From positions 211,298,001 through 211,362,000 of the forward strand of contig NC_086097.1 of the NCBI RefSeq assembly GCF_963921235.1: a stretch of DNA of 64,000 bases, given 5' to 3'. This stretch comes from Mobula hypostoma (Eukaryota). Positions 50,258-64,000 of this stretch are shown in pieces. Positions within the stretch are counted from its first letter, which is position 1. The number at the start of each line of letters is the position of its first letter. The position numbers and the translations under genes are program-made. A model generated the notes under the pieces. The model made no database searches. It saw only the letters and a list, made by a program, of their open reading frames with translations, and was not told the DNA's origin.

Positions 50258-51128
50258 TGTTACGTAACCGGCAACAATGAATATCAATCGAGACAGGTTA
50301 TATAAAAACAACCAAACAGTTATTAAACACAGATAAACAATAAAAAAAATGAAAACCTTAACCAGAAGTTAACCGCTATGCAGCCGTTCAACAAATCGTC
50401 ACTTGGCACTGGTTCTTAAAGCGTTAAATGCAAAAACAGTTCTTAAAGCGGCAGATATAGTTCTTAAAATGGTAAATTCAAAAGTCCAGCAGATTTATAC
50501 GTTCAATTGGGAGAGACTTCTCTAGAGAAGGATTTCTTCATAGACGCAACTTTCCTGTTGGCTCTGTCCAAAGGATTCACGATGCAGCAAATAAACAGTT
50601 TAAAACAACTGACCTTAGTTTCTAGAGAGCACCTTGCATGAACTACCTTGCTCTTTTTGGCAAGGGTTATCTTTAATGCAGGTTGCTACTCCATCAACGA
50701 AGACACAATAAGGTCGATCCTTTGTTAAACTGCCGAACGATACCAACTTCTCTTCATACTTCGAGTCCTGTACTTCAATAAAGTCTTCACTCTCCAGTAC
50801 TGCTGGAAAAAGTTACATCAACAAATCTAGCAAAAATTGCCAATCCAGCACTATTGTGCCTTGGAAAAGAACGTAACACTCCGTTTTAAAAATGAAACTG
50901 CGCCATAAAATAAATTCGCAACTGAAATGGAGACACAGACGCACGTTCTAGCTGGAAAACTAAAATCTAAAAACTAACTGCGTCATCTGAGGTCTTCCCT
51001 TATATACCCGTGGTGCACATGTCATCACGTGACCTCACATCAGCAGGAAAATTACATCAGGTGACCTCCAAAAGACCATTACATCATTCTCACAAAAAAA
51101 ACCACAGATCTCCTTAAGGTATGTTACA
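50258..51128 (-). mobile_element. Solo LTR inserted in the BEL element
   Basis: TGTTACG...TGTTACA termini, TSD gatg, minus-strand TATA near 51001. Confidence 0.8.
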
Positions 51129-52018
51129 GATGTCAAACTTAACTTCTAAAACTAAAAGTCAAAAGACCATTTTATTAAGTCTTTGGCAAAAGAATGGACA
51201 ATCTCGGAGATTTGTCCTGAAACAGTCTTACTGCACAGTCTTTAACCATTCTTGCTTTGAAAGTGTCAACTTTGATGACATATTTGCACATGGTAATGTG
51301 TGATCAGCTGAGTGATGACACAGTGCTCACCCAGAATTACGACTGGGTGAAGTATCTCTGACATGAGGTGTGCCCTTTTAATATATCCTTCAACTCCCTG
51401 TAGCCCCCCAAAGTCAAAAAAGGGACAGACCTCACCAAAATAAGGATTGGAAGATCTTCCTGCTTTGTGATGCACTGCATTTCCTCTGCATACACCTGTC
51501 TTTAAGCAACAAGAAAGATTTGAACCTTTGCTCGATTCAGTTGCTCTGAACTGAGAGGTTGCTTGCAAACATGCCACACAAAGATTGTCTTTGGCTCCTC
51601 GTTCTTTGTGATCAGCCTCAGCTTCGATGGAAGCTACAAGCTTCCAAATGACAGAAGACCACCAAGTCCATGCTGACAAAAAATCAGCCATTTACACTCC
51701 TGAAGCTAGTTGGGGAGAGGTAGTTATGCTGGGCTGCTTGGTCAATGCAGTGCATTCTGACCTCACTTCTAGGTGTTGGCAATCAATGTTGCTGGGTCAG
51801 GTGCTGACGTAGCATACGGCATTCAGATGCATTCCAGTCCATGAACAATGCCTTTGAAGATGACTTATCTTTTCAGTCTGCTGCCCTCACAATATGTTGT
51901 GTACAAAGCTAGGATGGGAGTTAAACACCTTCTCAAAAATCACCCAACCCGGAAGCTTTTTTTGGAGTTTTTAATGAGAAAACTTTGTGAAACTCTAGAA
52001 AGTTAAGTAAAACACGCA

Positions 52019-52118
52019 TTAGATTCAAAACAAAATTGTTGCATGCTTGAATATACTGATACTATCGATTAGATTCAAAACAAAATTGTTGCATGCTTGA
52101 ATATACTGATACTATCGA
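52019..52118. repeat. Perfect 50-bp tandem duplication
   Basis: 52019-52068 equals 52069-52118. Confidence 0.95.
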
Positions 52119-52840
52119 GCTAAGGTACTGGTGACCCCTGTTTCCATCCAGGGGGTCAGTGTGGACATGGTGGAGGATTACAAATACCTGGGGATACGAA
52201 TTGACAATAAACTGGACTGGTCTAAGAACACTGAGGCTGTCTACAAGAAGGGTCAGAGCCGTCTCTATTGCCTGAGGAGACTGAGGTCCTTTAACATCTG
52301 CCGGACAATGCTGAGGATGTTCTGTGAGTCTGTGGTGGCCAGTGCTATCATGTTTGCTGTTGTGTGCTGGGGCAGCAGGCTGAGGGTAGCAGACACCAAC
52401 AGAATCAACAAACTCATTTGTAAGGCCAGTGATGTTGTGGGGATGGAACTGGACTCTCTCACGGTAGTGTCTGAAAAGAGGATGCTGTCTAAGTTGCATG
52501 CCATCTTGGTCAATGTCTCCCATCCACTACATAATGTACTGGGTGGGCACAGGAGTACATTCAGCCAGAGACTCATTCCTCCGAGATGCAACACTGAGCG
52601 TCATAGTAAGTCATTCCTGCCTGTGGCCATCAAACTTTACAACTCCTCCCTTGGAGGGTCAGACACCCTGAGCCAACAGGCTGGTCCTGGACTTATTTCA
52701 TAATTTACTGGCATAATTTACATATTACTATTTAACTATTTATGGTTCTATTACAATTTATTATTTATGGTGCAACTGTAACGAAAACCAATTTCCCCCA
52801 GGATCAATAAAGTATGACTATGACTACTACGACTACGACT
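52119..52840 (+). mobile_element. Rex1/Babar-like LINE 3' portion
   Basis: ORF 52131-52703 (YKYLG, KKGQSRLY.LRRL); AATAAA and (GACTAT/GACTAC)n tail. Confidence 0.88.
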
Positions 52841-53894
52841 ATTCTCACAATCAGCATTAAACACTTAAGCAAAAATCTATAGCTGTGGCATGAACTGGAG
52901 GGAACTCATGATGCGATGATGGCTTAATTGCAATGGACATTAAACATAATGCTTCCTTCAATGTACATCTACTAAATCTTTACCAATATTAAGAAAGCTT
53001 AAGACTACAAATATTGCTGTTTCAAGGGGATTTATAGGGTGAATGGAGATGGATGTCATTCTACCGTGTTCGCTCCAATTCAAAATCCAAACTAACCCAC
53101 CCAGGAAATGATGCAAAAATCAGCTTATGAACAGGAAGTGATGTTTGTACAAAACAAGAAGCAAAACATATGGTATGACCAGTTTGGATAACACACAAAC
53201 AAAAGATATTCCCAGAATCACGATGTTAACAATAAATCAATATCCATACTAGGTTCTTATGTATTCCAATTGTTTTTGGGACCATGAAATGAGCTGCTTA
53301 GATTGCTTAAACTACAGCAGTAGCTATTGATAAAAGTGAATCATTGTCTATAAAGCTCTTCACATCATAAGAGGATCTGTAGAAATGCAACTATAAAGTC
53401 TGTCTGCATGCACTATAGTAGGGTTCAAATCAGAAGGGGCATGCTAAAACTTAAATTATATATGCAAGACGTTCATGATGAAGAAATGTAATCAACATAA
53501 AAAAGTGGAATGCTATTTAGGACAGTAACAATTGGTAATTCGGTTTAAATTGCTTCTTTAATTAATTATAATAGAGCTTTTACATGCCTATAAATAAAAC
53601 AGTTCAAACAAAAAAAATAGCAGCAAATGTTCATTCCAGACAATTAAAATGAATTCACTTAAAGAAACTGAGCGTGAGTGCATGAGGTGACAGAAAGCTT
53701 ATTTTGAACCAAGTTCTACACAATAGTACATTCTAGTGATTATTTTCATTTGGTTCAGTCAGCTCTCCAATTCTATTGTATCCACTTCACATATTAAAAG
53801 TTGGACAATTCTTCCACATCCACAGCCACACCATAATGCGATATGATTAAGCTACCCCATCTATCTATTTAATTCTGGTACTGATTTTACCTGT

Positions 53895-56640
53895 TAGAAC
53901 CATGGTGATAGGGGATTCATTGGTTATGGAAACAGACAAGTGGTTCTGTGGACATGAAAGATGACCAGATGGTACGTTGCCTCCAGGGTCAGCTGCATCT
54001 TGGATTGAGCAGCCAGAACCCGTGGTCCACATTGGTACCAATGATGTTGGTAGGAAGGGTGACAAGGCCCTGTAAAGTGAGTTCAGGGAGGAAAGTGAAA
54101 GTTAAAGGTCAGGAACTCCAGGATGTGATCTCAGGCCCGCAACCCATGCCGCTTGCTAGTGAGGCCAGAAATAGGAAGATCATGCAGTTTAGCATGTGGC
54201 TTAGAAGATGGTGCAGGGGGAAGAACCTCAGATTTTTGGATCATTTGGTTCTCCTCCAGAGAAGGTGGGACCTGTAGAGAAGGGACAGAAGGGGACTAAC
54301 ATCCTTACAGGAAGGTTCGCTAGTGCTGCTCTGGGGTGGAGGGGTGGGGTTAAACTATAGCTGCAGGATGATGGGAACCAAAGAGAAAGAGAAGACAGTG
54401 GAGTGGTTGTGGGGAAAACTGTTGTTAAGCCAACATACAAAGTTAGGAATCGAAAGGTTGAGGATGATGGGCTTATGGTCTGAGCTGTATATACTTCAAT
54501 GCAATGAGTATTATAGGAAAGGCGGATGAGCTTAGGATATGGATCAACATATGGAATTATAACATTAACTCAAGAAATTCTGTAGATGTTGAAAATCCAA
54601 AGCAACATGCACAAAATGTTGGAGGAACTCAACAGGTCAGGCAGCATCTATGGAAATAAATAAAGAGTTGACATTTCTGGCCAAGAGTCTTCTTTAGGAC
54701 TGGAAAGAAAGGAGAAAGATGCCAAAATAAAAAGATGGGGGGAAGGAAGGGGGATAACTAGAAAGTGATAGTTGATGTAAAGGGCTGGGGAGAAAGGAGA
54801 AGAGATTGAGCCATCAGAGAAAGAGGAAGAGGGGATCAAGGGGGAGGTGAGAGGCAAATGAGATGAGATAAGAGGGCAGAGTGGAGAATAAAAGAGGGGA
54901 GGGGGAAAGGTTTTTTTACAGAAGGAGAAATCAGTATTCATGCTATCAAGTTGGAGGCTAGCCAGATGGAATATAAGATGTTGCTCCTTCACCCTGAGTG
55001 GCACAAGAGGCCATGGACCGACATATCGGAACAGGAAGTAGAATTGTAATTAAAATATTTGGCCACCAGGAAGTTCTGCTTTTGACAGATGGAGTGGTGT
55101 TCCTTGACAAAGCCATCCAGTATTTACAATGGGTCTCACCAGTGTAGAGGAGGCTGCATTGGTAGCACCGGACACAACAGACAACTCCTCCACATTTGCA
55201 GGTTAAGTGTTGCTTCACCTGGAAGGACTGTTTGAAGCCTTGAATGGAGCTGAGGGAAGAGGTAAATGGGCAGGCATAGCACTTCGGGTGCTGCAGGGTG
55301 AGTGCTTAGAGGGAGATTAGTGGGGAGGGATGAATGGACAAGGGAATCATGGAGGGATTAATCCCTGCAGAAAGCAGAGAGGTGGGTGGTGTCAAAAGAT
55401 TCATGTTGAAGCTGGTAGATGTTGTGGGGAATGATGTGTTGGATGTGGAGGCTTGTGAGGTGGTAGGTAATTACAAGTGGAACTCTATCACTGTTATGGC
55501 AGCAGGAAGATGGGGTGAGTGCGGAGGATCAGGAAATGGAGGAGATTAGGTGAGGTCAGCATCAACAGTGGAGGAAAGGATACCCTATTCTTGGTAGAAG
55601 GAGAACATCTCTCATGCCCTGGTAAGGAAAGCCATATTCTGGGAACAGATGTGGCAGAGATGAAGGAACTAAGAAAAGGGAATAACATTTCACAGGAGAC
55701 AAAGTGGGAAAAGGTGTCATCAAGATAACCATGGGAATTGGTAGGTTTATAAAAAATGTTAGTCAACAGGAGACCAAGAAAGGGGAGGGAGGTCTTAGAA
55801 ATGGACCAAGTGAATTTAAGGGCAAAGTGGATAAAATTGACTAGCTCAGCTTGGGTGCATGAAATGGCCCAAATGCAGTTGTCAATATAGTGGAGGAAAA
55901 ATCGGGGAGCATTATCAGGGAGGGCTTGGAACGTGGACTGCTCTACACAGTCAAAAGCAATGTAGCCATTAGTAAGACTTTGGTTGCAGGAGGCCAGGAC
56001 TGGCAGTTCAATGTTCTGGGGTTCCATTGTCTTAGACATGGTAGAGTGAGGGGGATTAAAGGGGGAGGATTGGCATTACTAGTCAGGGGAAATGTCACAG
56101 CAGTGCTCAGGCAGGACAGGCTGGAGAGACCATTTACTAAGGCTATATGGGTGGAACTGGGGAATAGGAAAGGGAAGACAACATTAATGAGATTGTATTA
56201 TAGACTACCTAACAGTTCATGGGATTTAGAGGAGCAAATTTGTAGAAATTGCAAATTGTTGCAAGAAATATAAGGTGTAAGAAACATAGTAGGTGATAAT
56301 TTTCCACATGTTGACTGAGAGCCCAATACTGTAATAAGGGATATATGGGATAGAGGTTGTCAAATATGTTCAGGAAAGTTTCCTTAAGTAGTTCATAGAA
56401 GTCCAAACTAGAGAGAATGTGATACTAGATTTCCTTTTAGGGAATGAGACAAGACAGGAGACAGAGGGAAACACTTGACATGTAGTGATGATAATGCCTT
56501 TGGTTTCAAGATAATTATGGAAAAGGGTAGGTTGGGTCCTTGAGTTGAGATTCTAAATAGGAGAAATATTTAAGGGGAATATGGGGGGAATTTCTTCACT
56601 CATTTGGTGGTGAGATGGTGGAAACAGCTGCCAGTGGAAG
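53895..56640 (+). mobile_element. Degraded CR1 interrupted by a Penelope element
   Basis: ORF1 (GDS, HIGTND, WLRRWC) and endonuclease relics either side of about 54570-55985. Confidence 0.75.
54570..55985 (-). mobile_element. Penelope-like element fragment (RT, GIY-YIG, palindromic terminus)
   Basis: FLHYIDNC, LKFTW...LPFL, FYKPTNSHGYL, VCCVRC..C.LLYTGET. Confidence 0.8.
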
Positions 56641-56641
56641 T

Positions 56642-59600
56642 ATGATATCTTGTAACTCCAAGACATAAAATACTAATTACCAAAATATTAAACACACAAC
56701 ACTCCTCCTCCCTGCTTAGCCATAAACCTCTAACTCAATACAAAATGCATCTTAACTCTATACACAGTATACTGTGTAATACATCTACAATATAGACATC
56801 CACAGCATAGTAAATTTTAAATGGTCCCAATCTGGTCTAAAGATCTAATTGCTGTGAAGGATTTCTTACTCTTGTGGGATAATGCCTTTCCTGACAAGGG
56901 GGATCAGTCTGCTTGGGAGCTGAGACCTGTGGCTGTGAAACAACCTCAGGGTCCGTTGGTAATGTAAGCGATGTCTCCGGAACTGTAGCTTCTGACAGTA
57001 CAATGTGAGTACAATGTCTCTGTCAACTCTGTTCTCCTCAACTGATTGATGCACCGTCTCCAGATGACATCAGACGCAATCTGCACTGCGTAGGAGCTTG
57101 GCCCAGTCCTTAATTTTTCCAAGTTCCCTCTTTTGATCACCTTTGTTGTCCTTCTGACCACTATGTAGCTGCATCCACTGCTACTAAGAAGTTCATGCCC
57201 ATGAATGGTCTGACAAAGTTCACATGCATCCTCTGCCAGAGTGATACAGACACATTCCCAGGGATGGAGAAGCACAGCTCTCGGCACCTTTTGGAAGGGT
57301 TGACATCCCAAACAGTGCATGGCGAGATGCTCAATCTACCAATCTACTTCAGGCCATAATACAAAACTTCAAGCGAATGCTTTCATTTTGACCACGTCTA
57401 GATGACCGACATATACAGTAGCTTCTCCAACACTTTAGCTTTCATCTTGGAAGGTACAATAACTCTCAATCCCCATATAATGCATCACCTGTCATGGACA
57501 AGTTCATCCCATCCCTGGGATGAATTCAGGGAACTTGAATTTCTGCTGCACATTCCAACCATTTTGGGTGGCAGGTAGTCCTAAGACAGTGTGGGACTCT
57601 TTCTGGTTTCCCTTTGGATCTTCGCTGCCGTAAATTGTGTTTGGGAAAATACATCCAAAGGAGTGTCCTCTTTCTTATATTTTCAGGTATTTCCTTTTCC
57701 AAGGGTAATTGGGACAATCCATCAGCATTTCTGTGATTAGTCATCCTCTTGAACTCGAACTTGTAATTGTGTCCTCCAAGAAACAGAGCCCATCTGCATT
57801 CATACTGATGCTATTAGTGAAACCCCTTCTGTGGATTGAAAACAGATAGTAGTGGTTGATGATCAGTACTGAGGGTGAACTCTTACCTATACAAGTGCTG
57901 GTTGAAATGTTTCACACCCCAAACCGGATTCAAGGCCTCTTTGTCAATCTGCGCATAATTTTTCTCTGTAGCAGTCAGGGAGCGTGATGCAAAGGCTATG
58001 GGACATTCAGTTCTGTCACTCATAACATGTGACATGACTGCACCGATACCATAAGGTGAGGGGTCACATGCAAGCTTCACTGGACAATCTGGATCATAAT
58101 TTGTGAGTACAATGTCTAACGTCACTATTTCCTTTAGCTTTTTCAAGGCCACCTCACGCTGTTTTGTCCATTGCCATTTCTTCCCGATCTGTAGAAATGA
58201 GTTCAGGGCGTGGGGCACAGTAGCCAGGTTTGGCAGGAACTTGTTATAGAAATTGACATTCATATACAGGACCACAACTATAACATGTCCTTTAGCCTTG
58301 GGGCATCCACCACTGCTTGAATTTTCTGAGAACACTGTGTAAATCTTGTGCATCAATGGTGCGACCACAGTAAGTGATACTTGCTTTAAAGAAATCACAC
58401 TTGTCACACTTGTCACATTGTGCTCTGAGCTCACAATCTAATCGTTCTAATACTGTCTTCGGATTTTGGAGATGCTTCTTGTCATACTAACCAGTAACAA
58501 TGATGTCATCCAGGTAACACTGAGAGCCTGGGCAGCCTTGCAACACCTGGTCCACAGCTTTCCGTCAGAGCTCAGGTCCAAATGCTACTCCAAAAGGAAG
58601 CCTATTATAGCAATTAAGCTCTTTGTGTGTGCATAATGCTTTTAGCTCTTCTTCCATCTCCATCTGTAGGTAGACCACAGCTAAATCGATTTTGCTGAAG
58701 TGTTTCCCTCCAGATAGGTTTGCAATGATATCCTCTATCCTGGGCAGAAGGCATTGATCTACTTTCAGTACTGGGTTGATGGTGACCTTAAAATCATGAC
58801 AGATCCTGACAGATCCTGACAGACCCATTCTTCTTGGCTACTGGGATCACTGGTGTTACACATTCAACCTTGGAAAGAATTCCTTCAGGCTTCATACGAT
58901 CTAGCTCACTGATAACTTTATCACGGGTTGTATAAGAAACCAGACGAAGTTAGTAAATTTTGGGTGTGCCATTTTTATTTACACTATTTTATCCTTGATA
59001 TGTTTGAGTTTTCTAATGCCATCCTTGATTGTTCCAATGCCAACAATTCCAGTAGCTTTCTTATTTCACTTTCAGTTGACTCAGTTAGAGGGGACGTAGC
59101 ATGTGAGTTGTGGGTGGATTTCCACTCATGATGTGGTTGTCTCAGGCAATCACTTCCCCACAGTTTTGGCCTTTCTGTTTCTTACCACAAGCACATTGTG
59201 GCTTGTTGGTTGTTGTATTTCACCATTACAAATGTCATTCCAACGGGAGTTATATTTTCTCCAGTGTAAGTTCTTAGTTATAGAGTCATAGAGCAGTATA
59301 GAACAGCACAGGTCCTTCAGCTCATTGAGTTCATGCCAAAACCATTTAAACTGTCTACTCCTATCTCCCTGCACTGGGACTATAGACCTCCATAACCCTA
59401 CTATCCAAACTTCTCTTAAACATTGAAATCAAGCTTGCATGCACCACTTGTGCTGGCAGCTCGTTCCATACTGTCACAGCCCGCTAAGTGAAGAGGTTTC
59501 CCCTCATGTTCCCCTTAAACTTCTCACCTTCCACTCTTAACCCATGGCCTCTGGTTGTAGTCCTACCCAACCTCAGTGGAAAAAGCCTACTTGCAGCTAC

Positions 59601-60228
59601 CCTATCTATACACCTCATAATACCCCTGATAATTTTGTAGACCTGCAAGCTGTAGTTGAAGCCTGCAGTTCGATATCCTTAGTTGGAAATCCTAGTATTT
59701 TTGAAATGCTGTTCAAATTAATTTTGTGGTATGGCTGAAGCAGCTGAGCTAGAGTCCAATTCCATTTTAATTAATTTGCCCTTTACTCCTGGTGTAGCCA
59801 TATTGCTTTTCTATTATGTGTTGTGTAATTCTCAAGGCTACTCAGTCCTGTGTCACACTCATCATTATCAGATTTTTCATCAACAGCATACAGATTAGTG
59901 CTCTTTTAGAAAGTGAACTTGCCTTGTTATCTTTTCCTCTTCCTTGTGCAGTCCATTTATTTTTGTATGTGCCCTACTTTGTTGCATTTTCTGCAAGTTT
60001 CAACTTTAAATTTGTATTGGTCTGGTGTATGTGAACCCCTGCCACAATGGTAACACAATTTGTTTGGCCAGGCAGGTTTCTGTTTAAATGTTGCAATTTT
60101 GTTCATGCTCAGTTTCATTCCTGACAGCAACTCAGTTGTGTCTTTGTCTGCTATTTCCATTGATACAGCTATTTCAACTGCTCTTTTACCTGTAAGATGT
60201 GCTTCAGTTAAGAGCCATAAGGTGTAGC
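56642..60228 (-). mobile_element. Degraded Gypsy (Mag-like) element: gag knuckles, RT, RNase H, integrase relics, truncated 3' LTR
   Basis: CYHCG..H / CRKC..VGH, FSKIDL...RLPFG, LACDPSPYGIGAV...NYAQIDKEAL, NADGLS; PPT gaggaggag next to 56701; CR1 3' piece inserted at about 59280-59625. Confidence 0.88.
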
Positions 60229-61180
60229 GATGAGCCATTGCACAGATCCCAGCTATGCCTCCGTTTGCTGGCTACGTGGAACAGTCTATGTTCCAAGCCT
60301 ACACTGATGACTGTCCCGCAGTTTTCCTACACTACATCAACAACTGCATTAGTGCTGCTTCCTGCACCTATGATGAACTCGTTGACTTCACCCACTTTGC
60401 CTCCTACTTCCACCCTGCCCTCAAATTTGCTGGTCCATTTCCAACACCTCCCTCCCCTTTCTCAATCTCACTGTTTCTATCTCTGGAGACAGCTTGACTA
60501 CTGATGTCTATTATAAACCCATGGACTCTCACAGCTACCTGGACAAAACCTCTTCCCACCCCGCTACTTGTAAAAACACCACCCCCTTCTCTCAATTCTT
60601 CCATCTCCGCCGCATCTGCTCTCAGAATGAGGCTTTTCATTCTAGAATGACGGAGATGTCCTTCTTTTTCAAAGAAGGGGGCTTCCCTTCCTCCACCATC
60701 AATGCTGCCCTCAACAACATCTCTTCCATTTCATGCATGTCTGCTCTTACCCCATCCTCCCGCCACCCTAGCAGGGATAGAGTTCCTCTTGTCCTCACTT
60801 ATCACCCCACCAGCCTCCATGACCAGCACATAATTCTCCAAAACTTCCACCATCTCCAATAGCATCCCACCACCAAGCATATCTTTCCCTCCCGCCGCCT
60901 TCACTTTCTTCTTTCCGCAGATGTTGCTCCCTACACAACTCCCTTGCCCATTCGTCCCACCCACCGATCTTCCTCCTGGTGGAACAAGTGCTACAGCTGC
61001 CCCTACACCTCCTCCCTCACTACCATTCAGTCGTCCTTCCAAGTGAGGTGACACTTCACCTGTGAGTCTATTGGGGTCATATGCTGTGTCTGGAGCACCC
61101 GGTGTGGCCTCTTGTGTATCAGTGAGACACAATATAGATTGGGACACAATTTTGCCAAGCACCCATGCTCTGTCTGCCCT
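60229..61180 (+). mobile_element. Penelope-like element fragment
   Basis: FLHYINNC, TDVYYKP.DSHSYL...SSHP, PFSQF..LRRICS, RVPLVLTYHP. Confidence 0.85.
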
Positions 61181-61184
61181 ACCA

Positions 61185-63760
61185 CATAGCCCTCTATTTT
61201 TCTAAGCTCCATGTACCTATCTAAGAGTCTCTTAAAACATCCTGTTTTATCTGCCTCCACCACCGTTGCTACCAGTGCATCCTACACACCCACCACTCTC
61301 TGCCTGAAAAGCTTACCTCTGACATCCCCTTTGTTCCTACTTCCAAGCACCTTAAAACTATGCCCCCTCATGCTAGCCATTTCAACCCAGGGAAAAAGCC
61401 TCTGGCTATCCACACAATCAGTGCCTCTCATCATTTTATACACTTTTATCAGGTCACCTCTTATCCTTCATCGCTCCAAGGAGAAAAGGCCAAGTTCACT
61501 CAACCTATTCACAAAAGGCACACTCTCCAATCCAGACAACATGCTTGTAAATCTCCTCTACACTCTTTCTATAGCATCCACCTCCTTCCTGTGGTGAGGT
61601 GACCAGAACTGAACACAGTACTCCAAGTGGGGTCTAACCAAGGTCTTATATAGCTGTAACATTAGTTCATGGCTCTTGAACTCAGTCCCATGGTTGATGA
61701 ATGCCAACACACCATACGCCTTCTTAACAACACTGTCAACCTGCACATAGGGCAGCTTTGAGTGTCCTATGGACACTGACCCCAAGATGTCACTGATCCT
61801 CCACATTGCCAAGAGTCTTACCATTAATACTATATTCTGTCCTCAAATTTGACCTACCGAAATGAACCACTTCAAACTTATCCAAATTGAACTCCATCTG
61901 CCACTTCTCAGCCCAGCTCTGCATCCTATCGATGTCCCGTTATAACCTTGGACAACCCTCCAGACTATCCACAACTCCCTCAACTTTTGTGTCATCAGCA
62001 GACTTACTAATCCACCCTTCAACGTTCTCATTCAGGTCATTTATAAAAATCACGAAGAGGAGTGGTCCCACAACAGATCCCTGCAGAATACCACTAGTCA
62101 CTGTCCTCCATGCAATATACGAACCATCTACAACCACCCTTTGCCTTCTGTGGGCAAGCCAATTCCGGATGCACAAAGCAATGTCTGCTTGGATCCCATA
62201 CCTCATTACTTTCTGAATGAGCCTCGCATGGGGAACCTCATCAAATGCCTTGCTGAAATCCATATACACCACTTCTACTGCTCTACCTTCATCAATTTGT
62301 TTAGTCACATCCTCAAAGGATTCAATCACATTCATAAGGCATGATCTGCCCTTGACAAAGCCATGCTAACTATCCCTAATCAGATTATGTCTCTCCAAAT
62401 GGTCATAAATCTTGCCTTTCAGGAGCTTCTCCAACAACTTGCCCACCACTGAAGTAAGACACACTGGTCTGTAATTTCCTGGGATATCTCTATTTCCTTT
62501 CTTGCAACCTTTTAATCCTGTTGTACTTTTCCTGTCCCTATTGATGATGCAAAGATCATCACCAGAGGCTCAATCTCCTCACCCGCTTCCCACAGTAGCT
62601 TGGGGTATATTTTGTCCGGTCCCGGCGACTTATCTAACTTAATAACTTTCAAAAGCTGCAGCACATCCTCTTTTGTAATGTCTATACACTCAAGCATTTC
62701 AGACTGCTGTAAGTCATCCCCACAATTTCCAAGGTTCTTTTCACTGGTGAATACTGAAGCAAAATAGTCATTAAGTACCTCCACTACTTCCTCCAGCTCT
62801 ATACACGTGTTTCCACGATCACACCTGATTGTCCTATTCTCACACAGCTCATCCTCTTGCTCTTCACATACTTGTAGAATACCTTGAGGTTTTCCTTAAT
62901 CTTGCTCACCAAGGCCTTCTCATGGCCCTTTCTAGCTCTCCTAATTTCATCCTTCAACTCCTTCTTGATACCCCTGTAATTTTCCAGAGCTCTATAAGTA
63001 CTAGGTTTCTTAAACCTTTTATAAGCTTTTCTTCTTAACAAGATTTTTGTACACCATGGTTCTTTTACCCTAGCATCCTATCCTTGCCTCAATGGAACAT
63101 ACCTGTGCAGAACGCCATGCAAATGTTCCCTGAGCATTTGCCACATTTCTTCTGTGCATTTCCCTGAAAAAATCTGCTCCCAATTTATGTTCTCAAGTTC
63201 TTGCCTAATAGCATTATATTTCCACCTATCCCAATTGAATGTTTTCCCAAATTGTCTGCTCATATCCCTCTCCAGCACCATGGTAAAGGAGATAGAGTTG
63301 TTTTGACCACTATCTCGTAAATGCTGTCCTACTGAGAGATCTGACACATGACCAGGTTCATTTCCCAATACCAGATCAAGTACAGCCTCTCCTCTGGTTG
63401 GCTTATCTATAGATTGCGTCAGGAAACCTTCCCGAATACATCTAATAAACTTTACCTCATCGAAACCCCTTGCTCTAAGGAGATGCCAGTCAATATTAGG
63501 AAAGTTAAAATCACCCATCACAACAACCCTATTATTATTGCACCTCTCCAGAATCTGCCTCCCTATCTGCTCCCTAGGCGCAGTCATCAGGGAGACGATC
63601 AGGTTCCATGAACTCCCATATCCTACAAGAGGAGCATTCCACTGCCATATCTGCCATCCTGCCTGCACTGTACAATGGGCCACCAAGACAAAATCTTCCA
63701 ACCTGTTTCTTTGGCCTCAGCCTCTTCTTGTCGAAGCCTGTATTACATTCACAATATCAT
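61185..63760 (-). mobile_element. Degraded CR1 with internal deletion joining the ORF1 N-terminus to the endonuclease
   Basis: AVECSSCRIWE (ORF1 start) joined to MGDFNFP; RT motifs at 61558-62784. Confidence 0.85.
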
Positions 63761-64000
63761 TTCAGCTCATTTGGTTGGAGGAGTCAAACTACGAAGAAAA
63801 ATGTATGCTTTTCAACAAAATGCACTCAACAAAACTATACTTGTTTTCCATTGGATATTCCATTCACATTATATTACTGTTCAATCCATTCCATATGTAA
63901 GACTCACTTTGCCTAGTGGCATGATTTCAGGGATGGCAGCCCTATCCGGCCAAACTTTAGCACTCTTGTTTGGGTGGATGCTGCGTGTTGTGTCCCCTGT

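Larger units (their letters stand above)
49816..53195 (-). mobile_element. Internally deleted BEL/Pao LTR retrotransposon remnant
   Basis: LTR-like pair 49816-50234 and 51986-~53195; PPT ggtggggag abutting the LTR TG; pol fragment QRQVYAEEM-like, CPFFD.GGL..VEG.I.RA...HPVVI...LITHYH..HQ typical of the BEL pre-integrase region. Confidence 0.75.

Noticed and set aside
51266..51691. 141-aa ORF as a host exon
   Set aside because: Explained as a frameshifted BEL/Pao pol fragment between LTRs.

Overview
Repeat-saturated vertebrate genomic DNA, most likely a cartilaginous fish and probably a ray (inferred from the mix of CR1 LINEs with octamer tails, an HE1/V-SINE-type SINE and Penelope-type palindromic termini). 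No intact host protein-coding gene, rRNA, tRNA gene or CRISPR array is supported. Most of the window is nested retroelements: CR1 (one intact ORF1, and two near-identical young ORF2 copies in opposite orientation), Rex1/Babar-like LINEs, Penelope fragments, Gypsy and BEL/Pao remnants, five solo LTRs with 4-bp TSDs, SINEs and a bipartite RTE derivative. The main result is in the non-repeat islands on the minus strand (about 550-43690), which read as a chain of GT-AG-bounded, partly phase-matched exons riddled with stop codons. Their translations repeatedly show RGS-box motifs resembling the RGS22/RGSL1 family, suggesting the fossil of a large multi-RGS-domain gene that the ORF track does not show. 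The family assignment rests on remembered motifs and needs an HMM/tblastn check.
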